A stretch of DNA of 61,621 nt, filler included, from Choristocarpus tenellus KU-1152 (lineage: Eukaryota > Protista > Phaeophyceae), in assembly GCA_964200185.2 (NCBI GenBank). It is 11 parts of 11 records of this genome, joined end to end, with 100 filler letters (N's around TTAATTAATTAA, not from the genome) between each part and the next. Parts side by side here need not be neighbours in the genome. Positions count along the whole stretch, not along the records: positions 10,893 to 15,408 come from CAXNAD020014202.1; positions 15,509 to 21,264 come from CAXNAD020009834.1; positions 21,365 to 25,570 come from CAXNAD020015703.1; positions 25,671 to 30,088 come from CAXNAD020014646.1; 7 more parts are not named here. One strand, given 5' to 3'. The notes below the pieces were generated by a model, which worked only from the letters and a program-made list of their open reading frames with translations, did not search any database and was not told the origin of the DNA. Shown here in pieces: positions 12,000 through 25,989 of this stretch; the stretch's first letter is position 1, and each line of letters begins with the position of its first letter. The position numbers were made by a program, and so were the translations under genes.

Positions 12000-14900
12000 C
12001 GCCTAACCCCAAACTGGGCTATTAAGAAAGCAATAATGAGATAACTCCTGATGCAAGGGGCATGTTCGTGCCTTCACCAAAGCCGGGTACAAAAGATGTT
12101 GGAACTGTTTATCGAGAGGAACACGTACATGGAACCTGGCGGAATACGTTACATACCGTGAACGGACGGTTGTCAAGGAAGGCTCGACCCCGAATGAGCG
12201 TGTTGGCTATGGCAAGTTATGCGACAATGGTTGGGTCAAGGGCCGTAACTATAGGGTCATACAACCGCTTGGGTACATGCTGATGGCTTGGACATGCTAA
12301 TACATGCTACGTGAACGGACGAAAGTCACAGCATCCGTCAAAGGCACTCAATCACGGTGGTGTTTGCAAGATTGGTTGTCTCTCCTTTTATCGCGTGATG
12401 TCTGCATTGGGTGGGCACGTTGCAAATGGGACAGGGGAAATCGATAGATGGAGAGAGATAAAATGTTTTGCACATCGAGTCAGGTCCAGAGAGGATGGCA
12501 TGTCGCAGTCGGGTTACATCATCCTCGAGTCGTACGCACCTCCTAATCACCTTGCACGAAGAAGAAGTCCTGCCGTCTTTTTCCCTTCCAATACGCCCAG
12601 TGTTTAGCGTTACGTACAGCACACAGGGATAGCAGCAGACAAGTTCGATCCTCGTAGAAGGGATACGCACCTAGTCTCCTTTGACCGAGAAAGTATGGTC
12701 TTTTCGACCTCTTTTTTTTTCTTTTGTATAACAATTCCACAATAATCAGTGAAAGAACAACTGCCCTTACTGAGTGTTGTACCCCTAGAAGATTGTAGTA
12801 AATATATTGGGATTCTAAACAGGCTAGTCCGAGTGTTCCTTTTTCTCAGGAATCAAATAGGAAATTTAAAAAGGGGAGTTTTGCTCTCTTCGCTAATTTA
12901 TTGAAATTTATATGAATGTCTGTGACGACGTTGAAGTAGAATAGAGTTACAAAGGTTTATATATATACAACTCTCCATCCTCTGTTACTTCATTAGTGCA
13001 ACAGGGTCAAAACATCGAGTTTGCGTCTTTTTTTCATATATTTGCACATTTTAAGAATTATATTATAGTGCAAATAAAAAAACTTTCGGCAACACACATA
13101 TGCGACTAATCCCACACTCGTTCACTCACTCAACCACAAACCAACGGGCCTGGACAATATAGAGTAGAGGATTTGTTGTCACAGTTCTTCGAGAGGACCA
13201 TACCCATCGCACCGCAGATTTAGGATGGCCCCTCATCAGCGACTAGGGGATCTGGCTAACAACGGGAATAAACTCATGGACTCTGGACGAGTAGAACCCA
13301 GGACATCCCAAGGGTAAAGCCAGGCCTTCATTGCAGCTAGACATACTCCAATGTAGCCTGCGCGTTCTGTAATTACCGGAACAAGGGATTAGCAACTTGA
13401 AGACTAGACATAGCGAAGCATATGGTCACCATATCCTTCTGAAATCACATATTTGCATCGAAAACAGAGACGCGTGGTGTTCACGAGTTACACTGTAGCT
13501 TGGAACTGGTGACGCACACGTCCTCCCCTCAAGAGCAGGACGACACCTAACGACGAAGATCATGTCCTCCGATGTGTATCGGAAATAAACGATACTCCCT
13601 TCTGTTTCTGTTTCCAATCCCAACCCTAGCACCTGTCCCAACCCTAACCCTGTGCCTCAACCCCAACACCATCCCTAACGGTTACAATCCCGAACACATG
13701 CCAACACATGTTTCACTCTTCCTTCATCCACTCGCCTCATGTAATTTTTGTTGTACTTTACCGTACGACAAAGTATGCCAAACGTTGTGGTGGTCCACGT
13801 ACCGACTTATTTGAAGGGACACTCCTCCAATCGATTGTCCTCGATTTTCCAACAACTCAAGCGCAATGTCATATCCCTCATAGAGAAGAAGGCACAAACA
13901 ATGGTATGTGCATCTGGGGACATATGTAGACCTACATTAAATGAAACGTTCGGTATGCCTTTCACCAAAAACCCATCCTATACAATAGTTTACCATACGA
14001 CAGAACACGTCAATTGTAGCACATGCATACGCGAATATTTTCGGGGGTGACACCCACCAAACATTTGTCAACCGTTTTCCAAAAAATCAGATCAAAACAT
14101 TTACTTTGCCATACAACAAACTACCTCAGTTCACTTTGTCCTATGTACTTCATGGGATGTATCCATAACCTTGTTGATGTGGCTTGCAAGTGCTCCCATA
14201 CACGATGCACACCTTTTCAGGATATTGTAACCGAGGCGGTTTCGCGGTCCTCGATGTATCTAACACCCCATTGTCGACGTGTTGAATGTTAGGTGTCACC
14301 CAACACGGCCCTACTCCATCGAACACTTCATGACCAAATATGGTGCACGCCTCCTCGTCCGAACAACGTGGCAGGATTATCAATGTTCGCATCATCAACA
14401 TCGAACTCGAGTGTCAAAGGGAAACAAACCCACCAACCGATATCGTAACCTCACTTAAATCCAATCAGGAAATGGAGACTCAAGAGACTGCCCAAGACCA
14501 GCGCCGCTGGTTCGTGGAAGGAATCCCAAACGGACCAGATCGTGGACCTCTTTCTCTCCATGTTTGTCAACCACGATGGTCTAGAAGAGATGGAAGGAAG
14601 CGTCCACACTTGGAATGACCTTGCCTCTTGGTTATTGGATGACAAAAGCAGGTTTGCACCATTGGCGAGCGTGCTGCGAGTTGTGCTGGCTTGGGAACAA
14701 CGTGAGTCCATACCTGATCTCCAGTTCAAGACATTCCAAGAATGTTTAAAGAAAGATCTTAGCACCGAGCACACCGGCCAGGTATACAACTCCATCCTCG
14801 TCGGCATCGCTCCTGATGTTGAAATACTGGATGACGGGGTGACATCGACGTTTCAACCCCTTCTGTCTGTCATAGCAAGAAAATACGGCATCAAGGTCCA

Positions 14901-15408
14901 AACACTAAGGTCATCCGCGAGGAAATGCGCAGAATGCATATGAGACATGCGGCGACAGACGAGTCCCTCCGCAGCGCCTGCCAATGAGGCTGGAGGATCG
15001 TCTCTCGTATCCGATACTCTCGCCCTTCCGTGCTCTCCACAAGGCACCGCCCAGAGGTATGGAAGTTCATACTCATCCACAATCAACGGTGTGATACACA
15101 CAACTTCGCCCCCGGGTGAGCACGTCCCCTGTATGTCCAAGAACAATTTAATCATTAACAGATGCTCAGATGATCCTTTATATCGTGGTGCGCAACTGAC
15201 ACCCGCCCCACACGTTCCATCCTTACCTCAGACAAAATGGCAGACCAAGGGTATTCGACGTGGGAAGGGACAGCTCCTTGCAACAGTTCAATGTGCAGCA
15301 TCCTGATACACATGTTCTTGGCATCACTGTATGGGAGAGCAACAGCACCGCCATGCCCCATGATCCGATAACATATCATGATTCCACTCAGGGAAAATTT
15401 GGACCCAC
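12000..15408 (+). mobile_element. Unclassified large repeated element X, copy 1 (decayed coding regions)
   Basis: 12290-12900 aligns with 29327-30040. 13320-14940 aligns with the reverse complement of 52650-54516 (both encode DLFLSMFVNHDG...LASW.LD.KSRFAPLAS.LRV). Frames carry stops and frameshifts. Confidence 0.7.
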
Positions 15409-15508
15409 NNNNNNNNNNNNNNNNNNNNNNNNNNNNNNNNNNNNNNNNNNNNTTAATTAATTAANNNNNNNNNNNNNNNNNNNNNNNNNNNNNNNNNNNN
15501 NNNNNNNN

Positions 15509-18500
15509 CAGGGGGGGGAGGGGCGACTAGGACAGGGACAAGTCCCTCGGCAGGAAAACGAAGACGGACTCCAACATAGGCCCCGTTCTCAGGCTGGGGG
15601 ATCACGGCAAGGGTCTAGATCTTCTGGGTCTGTTTCCAGCTCGGGGGGAGGGGGAGACTCCTGTCGCACACCCCCTGAGAGGTCAATGAGTGTGAGCATG
15701 ATTCTGCCTGAGGGGCCCGTTCGCAAGAACAGGTACCAGCCTCCCCCCACTGTGCACAGTTATCTCAAGAAGATGAACGAGGAGGTGAGAGCACAAGAAG
15801 TCAAAAGTAAAAAATTATGCAGTATATTTCAACGGCTATTGGTTGATTTGATTGATTTGAAGCAGCAATCATGCCCCTTAGTTGTACCACTTACTATTAT
15901 TATTAACATTATTATTATTGTTTGCCTCCTTGATTGTTTTTATTACTTCACTATTGTAGACCTCAATTCTTTTACTCTGAAAAATAATTTATTTTTCAGC
16001 CCATTTTGGGGGGGGGGGGGGGGAGGGAAAGGGTTGGAAGACAAGGTGTTCATGTTTCTTCATACCACAACATGGAGTACTACTACTGAATTAGAAGAAA
16101 TAGTAATCACTTCTGTAATACATATTTTCTCTCGCATTTTTCTTGGGGTTCAGGAACGGCAATAGAGAGGGGGGTGATGTCACATGCCGATCCAGCTCCA
16201 ATAGTGCAAGAAAAATTCTATCTCAATAGAGCAATTTTTGGGGTGGTAGTGCTCCATTCTAATATCTGAGACGTGCATGCATGCATGTGTGTGTGTGTGT
16301 GTGTGTGGAGAAGGAGGGTGTGGGGAGGGTTTCTCTTCAGCAGTGTCAGATAGAAGCAGGAATCGTCTCTTCTTCTATCAGTTACCTTTTGTGCCTATCG
16401 AGTGATAGATACCATTACCCATGATGTTCCATTGCTTTTCTTGGATATTTTTGGATGTATGGACAAAAAGGCCCCTGTAGTCTAGAGTCAGAATGTAGGT
16501 GCAATTCATACATACACACACACATAATATAGGCACCACTAGTCTAGAGTGAGAGTGTGGGTGCAATACACACATATATACATATATGCTATAAATCAGA
16601 AATACGTACACATGAACACACATGTTTCTTGTGGAGTAGAGGAGTTCATTCCATTCCCCTTTTTGCACCAACTCCCACCCAAACACTCACACATACACAC
16701 ATAATCGTGTATCAAATGAAGAGACAAAGAAGATCTTATAATCAACCGTTTTTCGCAATCAAGCGATCTTTTTTCTACTCTCTCTACGATCGTTTCTGCT
16801 GTGCACTCCCATGTTGCGCACCCACCACCTACATACCTAACATCACCATCACCATTAGGTCTTTTCTTTCCACGGCGACGTGAACAAGCAGCTGGCCCGG
16901 GCCATGAAGGGCTTCAGCAGCAGCTTTGCCAGGGCAAACCGCCGCAAACTCTTGCGCAAGCATTTTCTGGCATTCGATGTTAATAACACTCACCGCATCA
17001 GCAGGGAGCAGTTCGTGCAGACTGTGGATGAGGTAGGCGGCTGGAAGAGCCTCGAGTAATCTTAGAGGGTGAAGTGCCACGGATCATGAGGGAGGGGTCT
17101 ATGTGACTGCCTTTGAATTTGATATATTTACAATTTCCTTGGTCTCAACACACCTACTACAATCCACGGATTCACGGTGGGGGTTACCTGGATTTGGACC
17201 ATGGAAAAGGGGGTGTCAGGCATGATGTTTTGGAAGTCCCCTTCTGATGAAAATGGACAAAATACCCCCCCCCCTTTACGATACTCCGACTCGCAGTCAT
17301 CCTATCTTTGAGGGGGGTCTACCTAGGTCGATTTAAGTTCATAGGAATTTTTAAACCTTCTGCCCGACACCCCATTCCCCTGCCTGAAATGCAGCTAAAC
17401 TTCTCTTTAGACTGTGATTGTAGCAGAAGAGAGATAAGCATTCTTCTCCACTTCAGTGAAAAATCACCCTTCAGGGTGCAAGAATCACGTGTATTGAGAG
17501 AGAGTCAGTCACGGGGCCCCCAATCACTCAACAACAACCCCCTCACTAATTTATTGAACATGATAATAGTCCTATACCTTTATTATATCTTAACAAGGGA
17601 TGGCTCCGGGGCAAGGGTCAGGATTGAGAGATTTCACTGGAGGGTGGGCATGGGCTGGGGTCGGTTGATTGGGGTGTGAATGTCACGATGATGGTTGTGA
17701 TGGAGAGGTTCTCTTGGTGAGGGACGGGTGGGGGAGAGAGGCAGAGCAGGGAGGAATATTGCCCTCCTCAATAGCAATCTTTTTCCAGATCTTAATATCT
17801 TCTTTGTGGGTTGAAAATGAAGGTTACGATTCTCTCCCCCAATGCATTCTGCAATCAACGTGCACAATGCATGTTGAGGGAAAAGTTTTTGGTGAGGAAG
17901 GGAATATATGTACTTTAAAACTACTTCTAGTGCTACGTTTTTTTTAGCATACCCATTAAAATAAAAAATATACAGCGTATAATGGAGGTATTCATGAACA
18001 GCTGGTACGCATTTGGTGTACATCAACATTGAGTATGCTGATGATGACGACTACCCATCAGTGCCTTCGTCATGCTGGGGGGGGTTTTCTAGCACACGTT
18101 CACAGGTTCAAAATATTTCAAAGGGAATCAAACTACGGAACACTGTTGTACTCACTTCACTCAAATAATCACCCTTGACTTGACCCTCCTGCCCCCCCCC
18201 CCCCATCCCCATCGGTCAATTAAATATTTCTCTACACTTATGGACACACAAACACACACACATATGGGGAAAAAATAAATGTCCTGTTTGTGGAAGGTTG
18301 CAGCGGAGTTCTTCATTGACTTTGATAAGCGGGACAAGGACCTCCTTGCAGCGTTTTTCTTCCCGAAGGCAAGGAAATATAGTAGAGTGCTGCTGGATTT
18401 TTTTTCACCTTGAGCATATATATATATACATGATATATTTTATATGTGTGTATATATATTTCTTGTTTGAAATGATAAAAAATATTATATCGAGATTTAT

Positions 18501-20191
18501 TATTCCTAAACACCTTTCCCCTCAAAAATTCACTGGTGACTGATTTTCTCGCTCCTCCTTCACAAGTACTTGCTATGGTTGTATATACTGCAGTGTGTAA
18601 AGGTGTTCTTTTGATCAAATATTAAAAAATACAAGGAAAAAAATTGTACAGTTATTACATCTCATAATTCATACACGTACATATGTTTTGTACTATATAC
18701 CATACACCAAATTTGTACTGTATATATATATTTTTCAGCTTTCTTCGTTGAGACCCAACCAGGATTTTAGAGGGCAGGAGTTTCGACATGTTTGTCCGTT
18801 CAGGGCTTGGCTTCCCACAGGTTTTTTTATGCCCTTTTTTGCTTTTCCCCTCTGAACGCAGTTACGTAAACTGTATACGACTTTTGAAAGTTGTGTCAGG
18901 AGCAAGGATATTGAAGCTTGCTAACAAACCTGATAGCCAAAATCAATCCAAATTGCAACGTTGGATTTATAACCCCGAACGGATGCGACGCTACCATCAT
19001 AATGGTTGGGTCTATTGTAGGAGTGAAAACTCAAATATTTTTCTTATTCCACATTGTATTCTTATTACTTTCTTCTCTTTTCATTCACTACATTTGAGTC
19101 TGGCATTTTACTGGGCAGATAGTGAAGTGTCTTGACAGAGAGATCCAACTCTTTTCATTAGTCTGCGTTGAGGGTTTCCACATCAGCAATGAGTTAAACT
19201 TTTAAGACTTTAGTTGCAGGAGAATTTAAGACTGGATGGAATGTTGGTTGCCTTTGAGGCTTGATCGTGCTGAAGGTAGGAACAACCCCCCTTCAAAAAA
19301 AAACTGGCGAGTTCTGATACGTAAAATATAGGAACTGGCAGTTTGAGTAAGAGAGTCGATTGTTTATGTGATCTACACGGTCTCCTCTTTTTCTTTTTCG
19401 CAAATATACTCCAAGTAGTAAAATTAAAGAGCGATTTCATAATATTAGTTTCATAGGTAACCAGCATACATCATTTTCTAATGTTCTTGTAATGTTGGTT
19501 TAGTCTCCCCTAGCTTGAGTGAATAATTTACTGTCTTTATCCAAAGACAAAAAAGAACGGAACTACACCAGAATTATTTTGAAGATAAGAACTATAACCA
19601 AATAATGGAAAGAAAGGGTAAGAGAAGGCTTTGGTAGTAAGGAGGGGATCAGGAAAAAAACTGAGACAATTCACTCTGAAGTACAGCTAACACGATACAT
19701 GTGAATATATATATAGCATTTCGAAAAAGGAACTCAGTGGGGGGTTGGCAAGGAGGGGAGGAGATAGCTCAACACAGAGGATAGTACCTTTGTCCAATTT
19801 TCTTAAAACTTCCTCCCTCCAAGAACAAACCACACCACAAACCACCAAGTACCAGTTCATACTGGCAATAAATTAACCTACACAAGAAGCGGCTGCCTTC
19901 ATTCAGAGCAGCACCCCAGGAAAGAAAATGACCAAAGCCAATTCGTAGACCACATCTACACATGGTTGCTTCCTTTTTGTCCCCCCTCCAACCCATCCAA
20001 CCAATGAATGCATCCCCGTGCAGGAACACGGGAGGGTGGAGTATGAGACGCTGCTGGAGATCATCACTGTTCGAGATGTGCGCCGTGCAAGGGCATTCCG
20101 GCAGCAGGTGCTGAACGAGGGTGCCGACTACCAGGAGCTCTTTACAGGAGTTGACCACACCGCCCGCAAGCGCGACTTCGGGGGAACCTTG
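15509..20191 (+). CDS. EF-hand domain protein, internal exons
   Basis: Exons 15509-15784, 16859-17032, 18297-18368 (GC donor) and 20024-20191, all phase 0: ...YLKKMNEE|VFSF...LRKHFLAFDVNNTHRISREQFVQTVDE|VAAEFFIDFDKRDKDLLAAFFFPK|EHGRVEYETLLEII... This is one EF-hand loop plus a degenerate partner. Confidence 0.75.
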
Positions 20192-21220
20192 GTGAGTTTG
20201 GAAGGCACAGGGCGGACCACAGGGGGGAGTAGTAGTGAGCGTGTTGCAACAAATGGCTTACTGACCAAACCACAGAAAGAGAGCCCTTATGCTTGAACCA
20301 CCTCAGTGTTTGAAGTGGTTGACTGCTCCGGAGATGGTGGTAAGAAGAGAGTCGGGCATTTGGTTATAGTTTGGATACTGTTGGGGCGGTTACAACGAGA
20401 AAGAATAGGTAGAGTGTTGAGGGCGTGGGGTACAATGGTGTGAAGGAAGGGCAGGGAGGGAAGTGTCGATGGAAGGGCAAAGCCCGCTTGTAAATTTTCA
20501 ATGGGGAACGTGTAGGGAGGTATGTGAACTAAACGGACCTGTGTGTACCGTTTGCTTGTGGTGGTGTTGTGAGTACTACTTGCATGGACGGGCTAGCCTG
20601 AAGTATGGAGTGCCGATACATTCCTGCAACAACTTGTGTTGTACAAACATGAAAACACATTTGCAAGGAAATATTACAGGTGGCAATGTAATCCACAGGA
20701 ATTATGCAAAATGAGAGCTGCCTCCAATATTCACAAGCCCCTATTATTATTGAGCGTATGTCAACATCCCATCATCTTGAGCAAGAAAAAGGCTCAAGTG
20801 GTGACAAAAGGGGTGCTGTGTGTGGACTTGTCACAGGATCTACTTATATTGTACAGGGTGAATGAGAGTCTTTGTCTCAAGCGAACCCCATACAGTACAT
20901 CACTGCTGTCTTATTGTTGAGAGAGCAGATGCTGGCACACACCTTCTTTGACTCACAAGAGTGAGGTTATACTCCTATGAAGGGCTATCATTGCCCCTGC
21001 ATCTTCTTCGATGTACTCTATGACACAGCCATCCAGTCTTGATAATAATGTTAGCATTTAGGGTTGAAATTAGAGTCAGGGTTAGAGTTTCGAATTGGGG
21101 TTGGGGTTCAGCTAAGGTCGAACCAACCTTATCTGAATCAATTCGAATAACTTTTTAAAGGATCCCCCTCTGGGGAATTTATCATCAACCTGGGGTGTTT
21201 AAAATGGTAATCTTTATAAT

Positions 21221-21264
21221 GGGTCAAAGTATCTGGGGTGGGGGTGTCGGCGTCCGTTTTTCAC
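21221..21264 (+). mobile_element. MITE subfamily A left end (truncated by gap)
   Basis: GGGTCAAAGTATCTGGGG...GTGTCGGCGTCCGTTTTTCAC, as at 28440. Confidence 0.8.
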
Positions 21265-22130
21265 NNNNNNNNNNNNNNNNNNNNNNNNNNNNNNNNNNNN
21301 NNNNNNNNTTAATTAATTAANNNNNNNNNNNNNNNNNNNNNNNNNNNNNNNNNNNNNNNNNNNNCTTCCCCCCCCTAAAAGAAGCACATACTCTGATGTC
21401 CCTCCTGATGTGTGTCCAAAAAAGAGGGTGTCTCTTGTTGCAATGGACTTGAGTACAAATCTACAAAAACATCAGAGAGAGACCATCGACGAGTGAACTC
21501 TATTGGTACCTACTCAGAATCTTCTTACTATTATTTTATTCACTTTATTCGGGAAATAAAAATAACAAAAAAACGACGGTGCACATATATATATATTTAT
21601 TTTTTTTCGACAAACCTGATATTAGGGGGGATCAGCAGACCAACACAGCATCAAAATGTGTAACGCCAATATAAACATAAATACACCACTGGAGGTATAT
21701 ACATATATTCAACACTTTATACCATCATTGGTTTCTTTCACACTATTTAGTTAAAATTAGTCAGTCCTATTGTTCCATCAACTCTATCGAATCCACATTC
21801 ACCTATGTACCCGGAATTCATCTTGAACACAACACAACCCGACACCCAAGAACAAAACAGCAGTAACACAAGTCCACTCCCGAAGCGGAGGCAAGCACTC
21901 CTCCAAAATCCACCAAATATGCACAGCTGGAGAGGCGAAACGACCAGATCAGTTACCGTCCAGTATATTTCTTATTGCCACCTATGCTTCGAAACTGTAA
22001 ATCAAGTGGAGCTAGGTGTATAAACCCCCAGTGGGGCTCGTGATCCCCGTTTATGCGTGTTGGATCAGCAAACTCTCCTCTTGCAGTTGCCGGTATAAGC
22101 ATATACAAACACTACACGACAGTTTCACCT

Positions 22131-22397
22131 GAGTCAAATTATCTTAGGGTTAGGGTAGAGCCGCGTCCATTCGGAAGGCACAATCCATGTTGCGATTTTG
22201 ATGTAATTCTTGCTATCGTGTTTGTTAGGAAGTGTCAATATCCTTGTTCCGTACACACCTCTTTCATAAAGTACACACCATACCTCCCTCCTAAACATTT
22301 TGGAGTAGGAAAATGTCATAAATGAACCCACGGGAAGCCAATCCCCAAAATGGACAAAAAGGGCAAAAAACTCGTACCCTCTAAGGTACTTTCACTC
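22131..22397 (+). mobile_element. MITE subfamily B
   Basis: GAGTCAAATTATCTTAG...CTAAGGTACTTTCACTC; body collinear with the other B copies. Confidence 0.85.
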
Positions 22398-22589
22398 ATT
22401 CTACAGTTTCGTCCACTAGTCGGCGGGACAAGCAGTGGTACTTGCACCTTATTTGTATTGTGCATGCCACCTCTTTAAGGCAAGTGCAGCAAGACTCCAC
22501 TGTTTTGTCTTACTGGACTTGACTTAAGGACTGGACTGACAAGAGGAACAAACGTCCCGTAACGAGGTACGTAATGGACCGTGGAGAAC

Positions 22590-22709
22590 AACCCTAACCC
22601 TAACCCTAACCCAACCACCAAGGACAACAAAAAAAATTAAATACTCCTTGTTGCATCGAGTCCATTTCTATCGCCTAACCCTAACCCTAACCCTAACCCT
22701 AACCCTAAC
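22590..22709. repeat. Interstitial telomere-type (CCCTAA)n tracts
   Basis: About 3 units at 22590-22612 and about 6 units at 22674-22709; further short tracts at 23336-23354 and 51622-51641. Confidence 0.85.
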
Positions 22710-23545
22710 GCTCTCAACGTGGAATTGCACTACCTTCCAATTGGGTAGGACGACCTCTCCGTTTACACTAAACCAACAGATACGCATGTATTTATTTATT
22801 TATTTTTACCAGAGATCGTGGTAAAAAAATAAAAAGATATTTGGATTTCGTAGAAGTCACACTCTTTCGGAGTATGTTGCAGCACAGATAGGGGGAGATA
22901 GATAGATAGATAGAGAGAGAGAGACATCTGAATAGGGACTACAAATCAACACACCTCCCTGCAACAGCAACAATATTCTCTTGAGTATACAAACGGGGGG
23001 GATGACTCGTCACCACTATGCTACACTATGCTACACTATGCTACACCTTGATACAAGGCCTAGCCTACGCCGTTGCACTGCTGTCCCTCAAACCAAGCGA
23101 TCATCGTCCCAATCCATTACACCTACACTGACAGCAATACTACACAAAGAAGAAGGAGACTAGATTCCACTTCAATTGGAGTTGAATGCCGCTGCTTGCT
23201 GGAACTAAGACAATAAAAGGTGCACACACACACACACACACACACTACAGCAGCAAAAAAAAAGAACGTAAGCTATCTCTTCGCGATATAAAAAATGATA
23301 CTATTTCTTTACTGTACATACTCTATAACCTCCAATAACCCTAACCCTAACCCTCAAGTCAGATAGACGTGTCAAATCCCTACAACCCCTCCATTCTAAA
23401 AAAAACAAAACACACACACACACACACTTTCAAGAAAAAACAAAAAACGTTTAAATGTCTTCTCTCTCGTCTCAACAAAATCAAAATCTAAGGTGTGAGT
23501 ACCATCCCCCGGGGGTTTAGGTGACCTCTCTCTTAATCTTAAGAA

Positions 23546-23769
23546 GGCTCAAAGTATCTTGGGGGGNNNNNNNNNNATAAGAAGGAGTGAGAGTGGTGGG
23601 GGGGGGGGGGGGGGAATTTACACGAGGGTGTCCATTCGGGCCATGACCAGGAGAAGTGTACTTATATTATCCATCCCACACATGCAACCAAATCACACAG
23701 AAATCATGACATGGAAAAATGGGCCCCGAGTGGACAGCCGCTACCCCCTCCCCCCAGATACTTCGAGCC
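23546..23769 (-). mobile_element. MITE subfamily C (small internal N gap)
   Basis: GGCTCAAAGTATCT...AGATACTTCGAGCC termini; body is the reverse complement of 39840-40026. Confidence 0.75.
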
Positions 23770-25989
23770 TATAATAATAATAATAATAATAATAATCTTC
23801 CTGTAGAAGAAAAAAAAAGAGAGTGTGACCTAGAGAGCACATTGGGACGAGCACAAGAACATTAACAGACATTACAATGACAAACACAGACACTACAATG
23901 ACCACTCAAGGACTAGGTGGAGCCCAGTGAGAGTCACGACCCACGCATCTCAACAAGTGCAGCGAGGATCTCCTGCAAATTTGGAGGCGTACATCTCCAT
24001 CACATGTAGCACCCTGGCATCCAACTCTGTGGAGATATCAAGGCGTCAGTCACTGTTTCACTAAAGGCAAGGCTAGCCAATTGCCTTCCTGGAACACTGA
24101 CATCTCAACATATCTCTTATTCATAGCAAGGCACAATGCATCCCCCCCCCCCTCCCCCCTCCCCCCGCTCTTCCTAAATCAACACAACTGTATTACTATT
24201 ACTATACAATATATTACATGCGCACCTATAGTGGGAGTCCATGAACACTATCAAGACGGTCTCCCTCGCCCTGTTGTAGGCAGAAGCTTGTTCAGGATTT
24301 CCTCTTGCCCAGTCCATGTGAGCCCTTGTTATACTCGCCAGATCACTGAAGCTATTTAAATGTCAAAGTAGGCAGGAGGGTGCGGTTGTCCCCCCCCCCC
24401 GTCCAAAAAGATTAATAAATATATATATTTTTTAATTGTAAAAAGAAAAAACACGAGGATCGGGAAGAGGGGTGGGGGTGGGAAAGGGGTAAGATGGGCC
24501 AGGACACAACGTACAAGGATAAGAGGCAGAGGGAGAGAGGTAAACCACAAGAAAAAAAAAGTGAAGTAACTGAGAGAGGGGTGCCGCTCGGTTTTGGGGA
24601 TTTTTTTAATTTGAATTTGAATTTGAATTTGAACGAGATTTACAAAAAAAAACTTTGTACGCAGAAGAGGAAGACACTCGTAGAAAAAAAAAAGGCACTG
24701 ATAAGCCAATAACTTTCTCCTGCAAACCAAAAGTTCATTCACAAAAAAATCAAAAATTGCGTTTCCACAACAGCAGGCTACTGCATGATTTTCAACAATT
24801 AAAAAAACAAACATCATCCCACCAGAAAGTGTCACCGGAGGCCCTGGAAACTCAGTGATATCGGGTGTATGGACGACAGAAATGGTTCTCACCGATGCTG
24901 TTGCTGTTCATGATCACTAAATACAATTCTCGGAACTTTGTACATCCATGGGGGTAAAAAATATACCCCCCTCCCCCCCTTATATCACAGCAGTCCAACA
25001 CCCCCTTACCCTAATCCCAACCCTAAGAAAAAAAGAGAGTGAGGGGGTGATGGAGAATTGCATAAAAATTGTCACCATTGGCCCCCCTCACATTTAAATG
25101 ACGGCCTAGACAAAACAAAAATGCAAATAGATGTATACACTTCATCTTATTTACGAGTCTCTTCCCGAGTTCAAAACTCAGCTGAAGGGACCCCGACTTC
25201 AAACGAAGGGATCGCAGCAAAGTCAAAAAAAAAAGAAGCCCTTTCTTCCTCCCTGGCCCGGGAGGAAGGAAAAAAAGTGGTTCCCACTTGAGAACAAACA
25301 AATACAAATATCTGCGCAACCACAATGTCCCAGAGAATAAGTTAAAACTTAAAAGCTCGAAATAAAAATAAAAATAAAAAGAACAAACTGCCCACAGAAC
25401 ACCCTACATGGATCGGACGCACCCAGTTGCCAAAAGTGAATACAAAAGTGAATACTGATCTGACTCCCATGCATACCTCATCATTGAAAAAATACCTCCA
25501 AAATCGCATCAAGACCCCCCCCCCCCCCCCCCCCCCGCCCCGCCTTCCGTGCATAAAACACAACAACCACNNNNNNNNNNNNNNNNNNNNNNNNNNNNNN
25601 NNNNNNNNNNNNNNTTAATTAATTAANNNNNNNNNNNNNNNNNNNNNNNNNNNNNNNNNNNNNNNNNNNNGACAGAAGAACGTGGTAGTGGGAGCAGGTT
25701 TATTGGTTGATGGTGTGTGTCATATGGTCGATAGTGTTACACATGTGTGAAACGTCAATTCAAACTCACAGTATTGGAAGGCAGGGGTTACTACTGTGTT
25801 GTTGGACTTTTGGTGATGGGGGGTATTTCATATACTAATATTAAAACGGGTGCAACGCGCTTACACTTTATCCCTCCCGCTTCTTGTGCTCTCTCCACAC
25901 AACGAGAAGAGTCTCCTCCAGTTCTTTTGTCTCTGTTGGAGGATAGCGAGGGGAAGAGAGGGGTGGGGTATGTTAGACTACCGACGCGG

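Noticed and set aside
12000-15408. Fanzor/TnpB or other RNA-guided nuclease in element X
   Set aside because: No RuvC-like motifs were visible in any frame I read.
22590-22709. True chromosome end
   Set aside because: Tracts are short and flanked by unique sequence on both sides.
23900-24352. Minus-strand exon candidates (FSDLASITRAHMDWARGNPEQ...; LDARVLHVMEMYASKF...)
   Set aside because: Splice sites are plausible, but phases do not join convincingly and no family is recognised.
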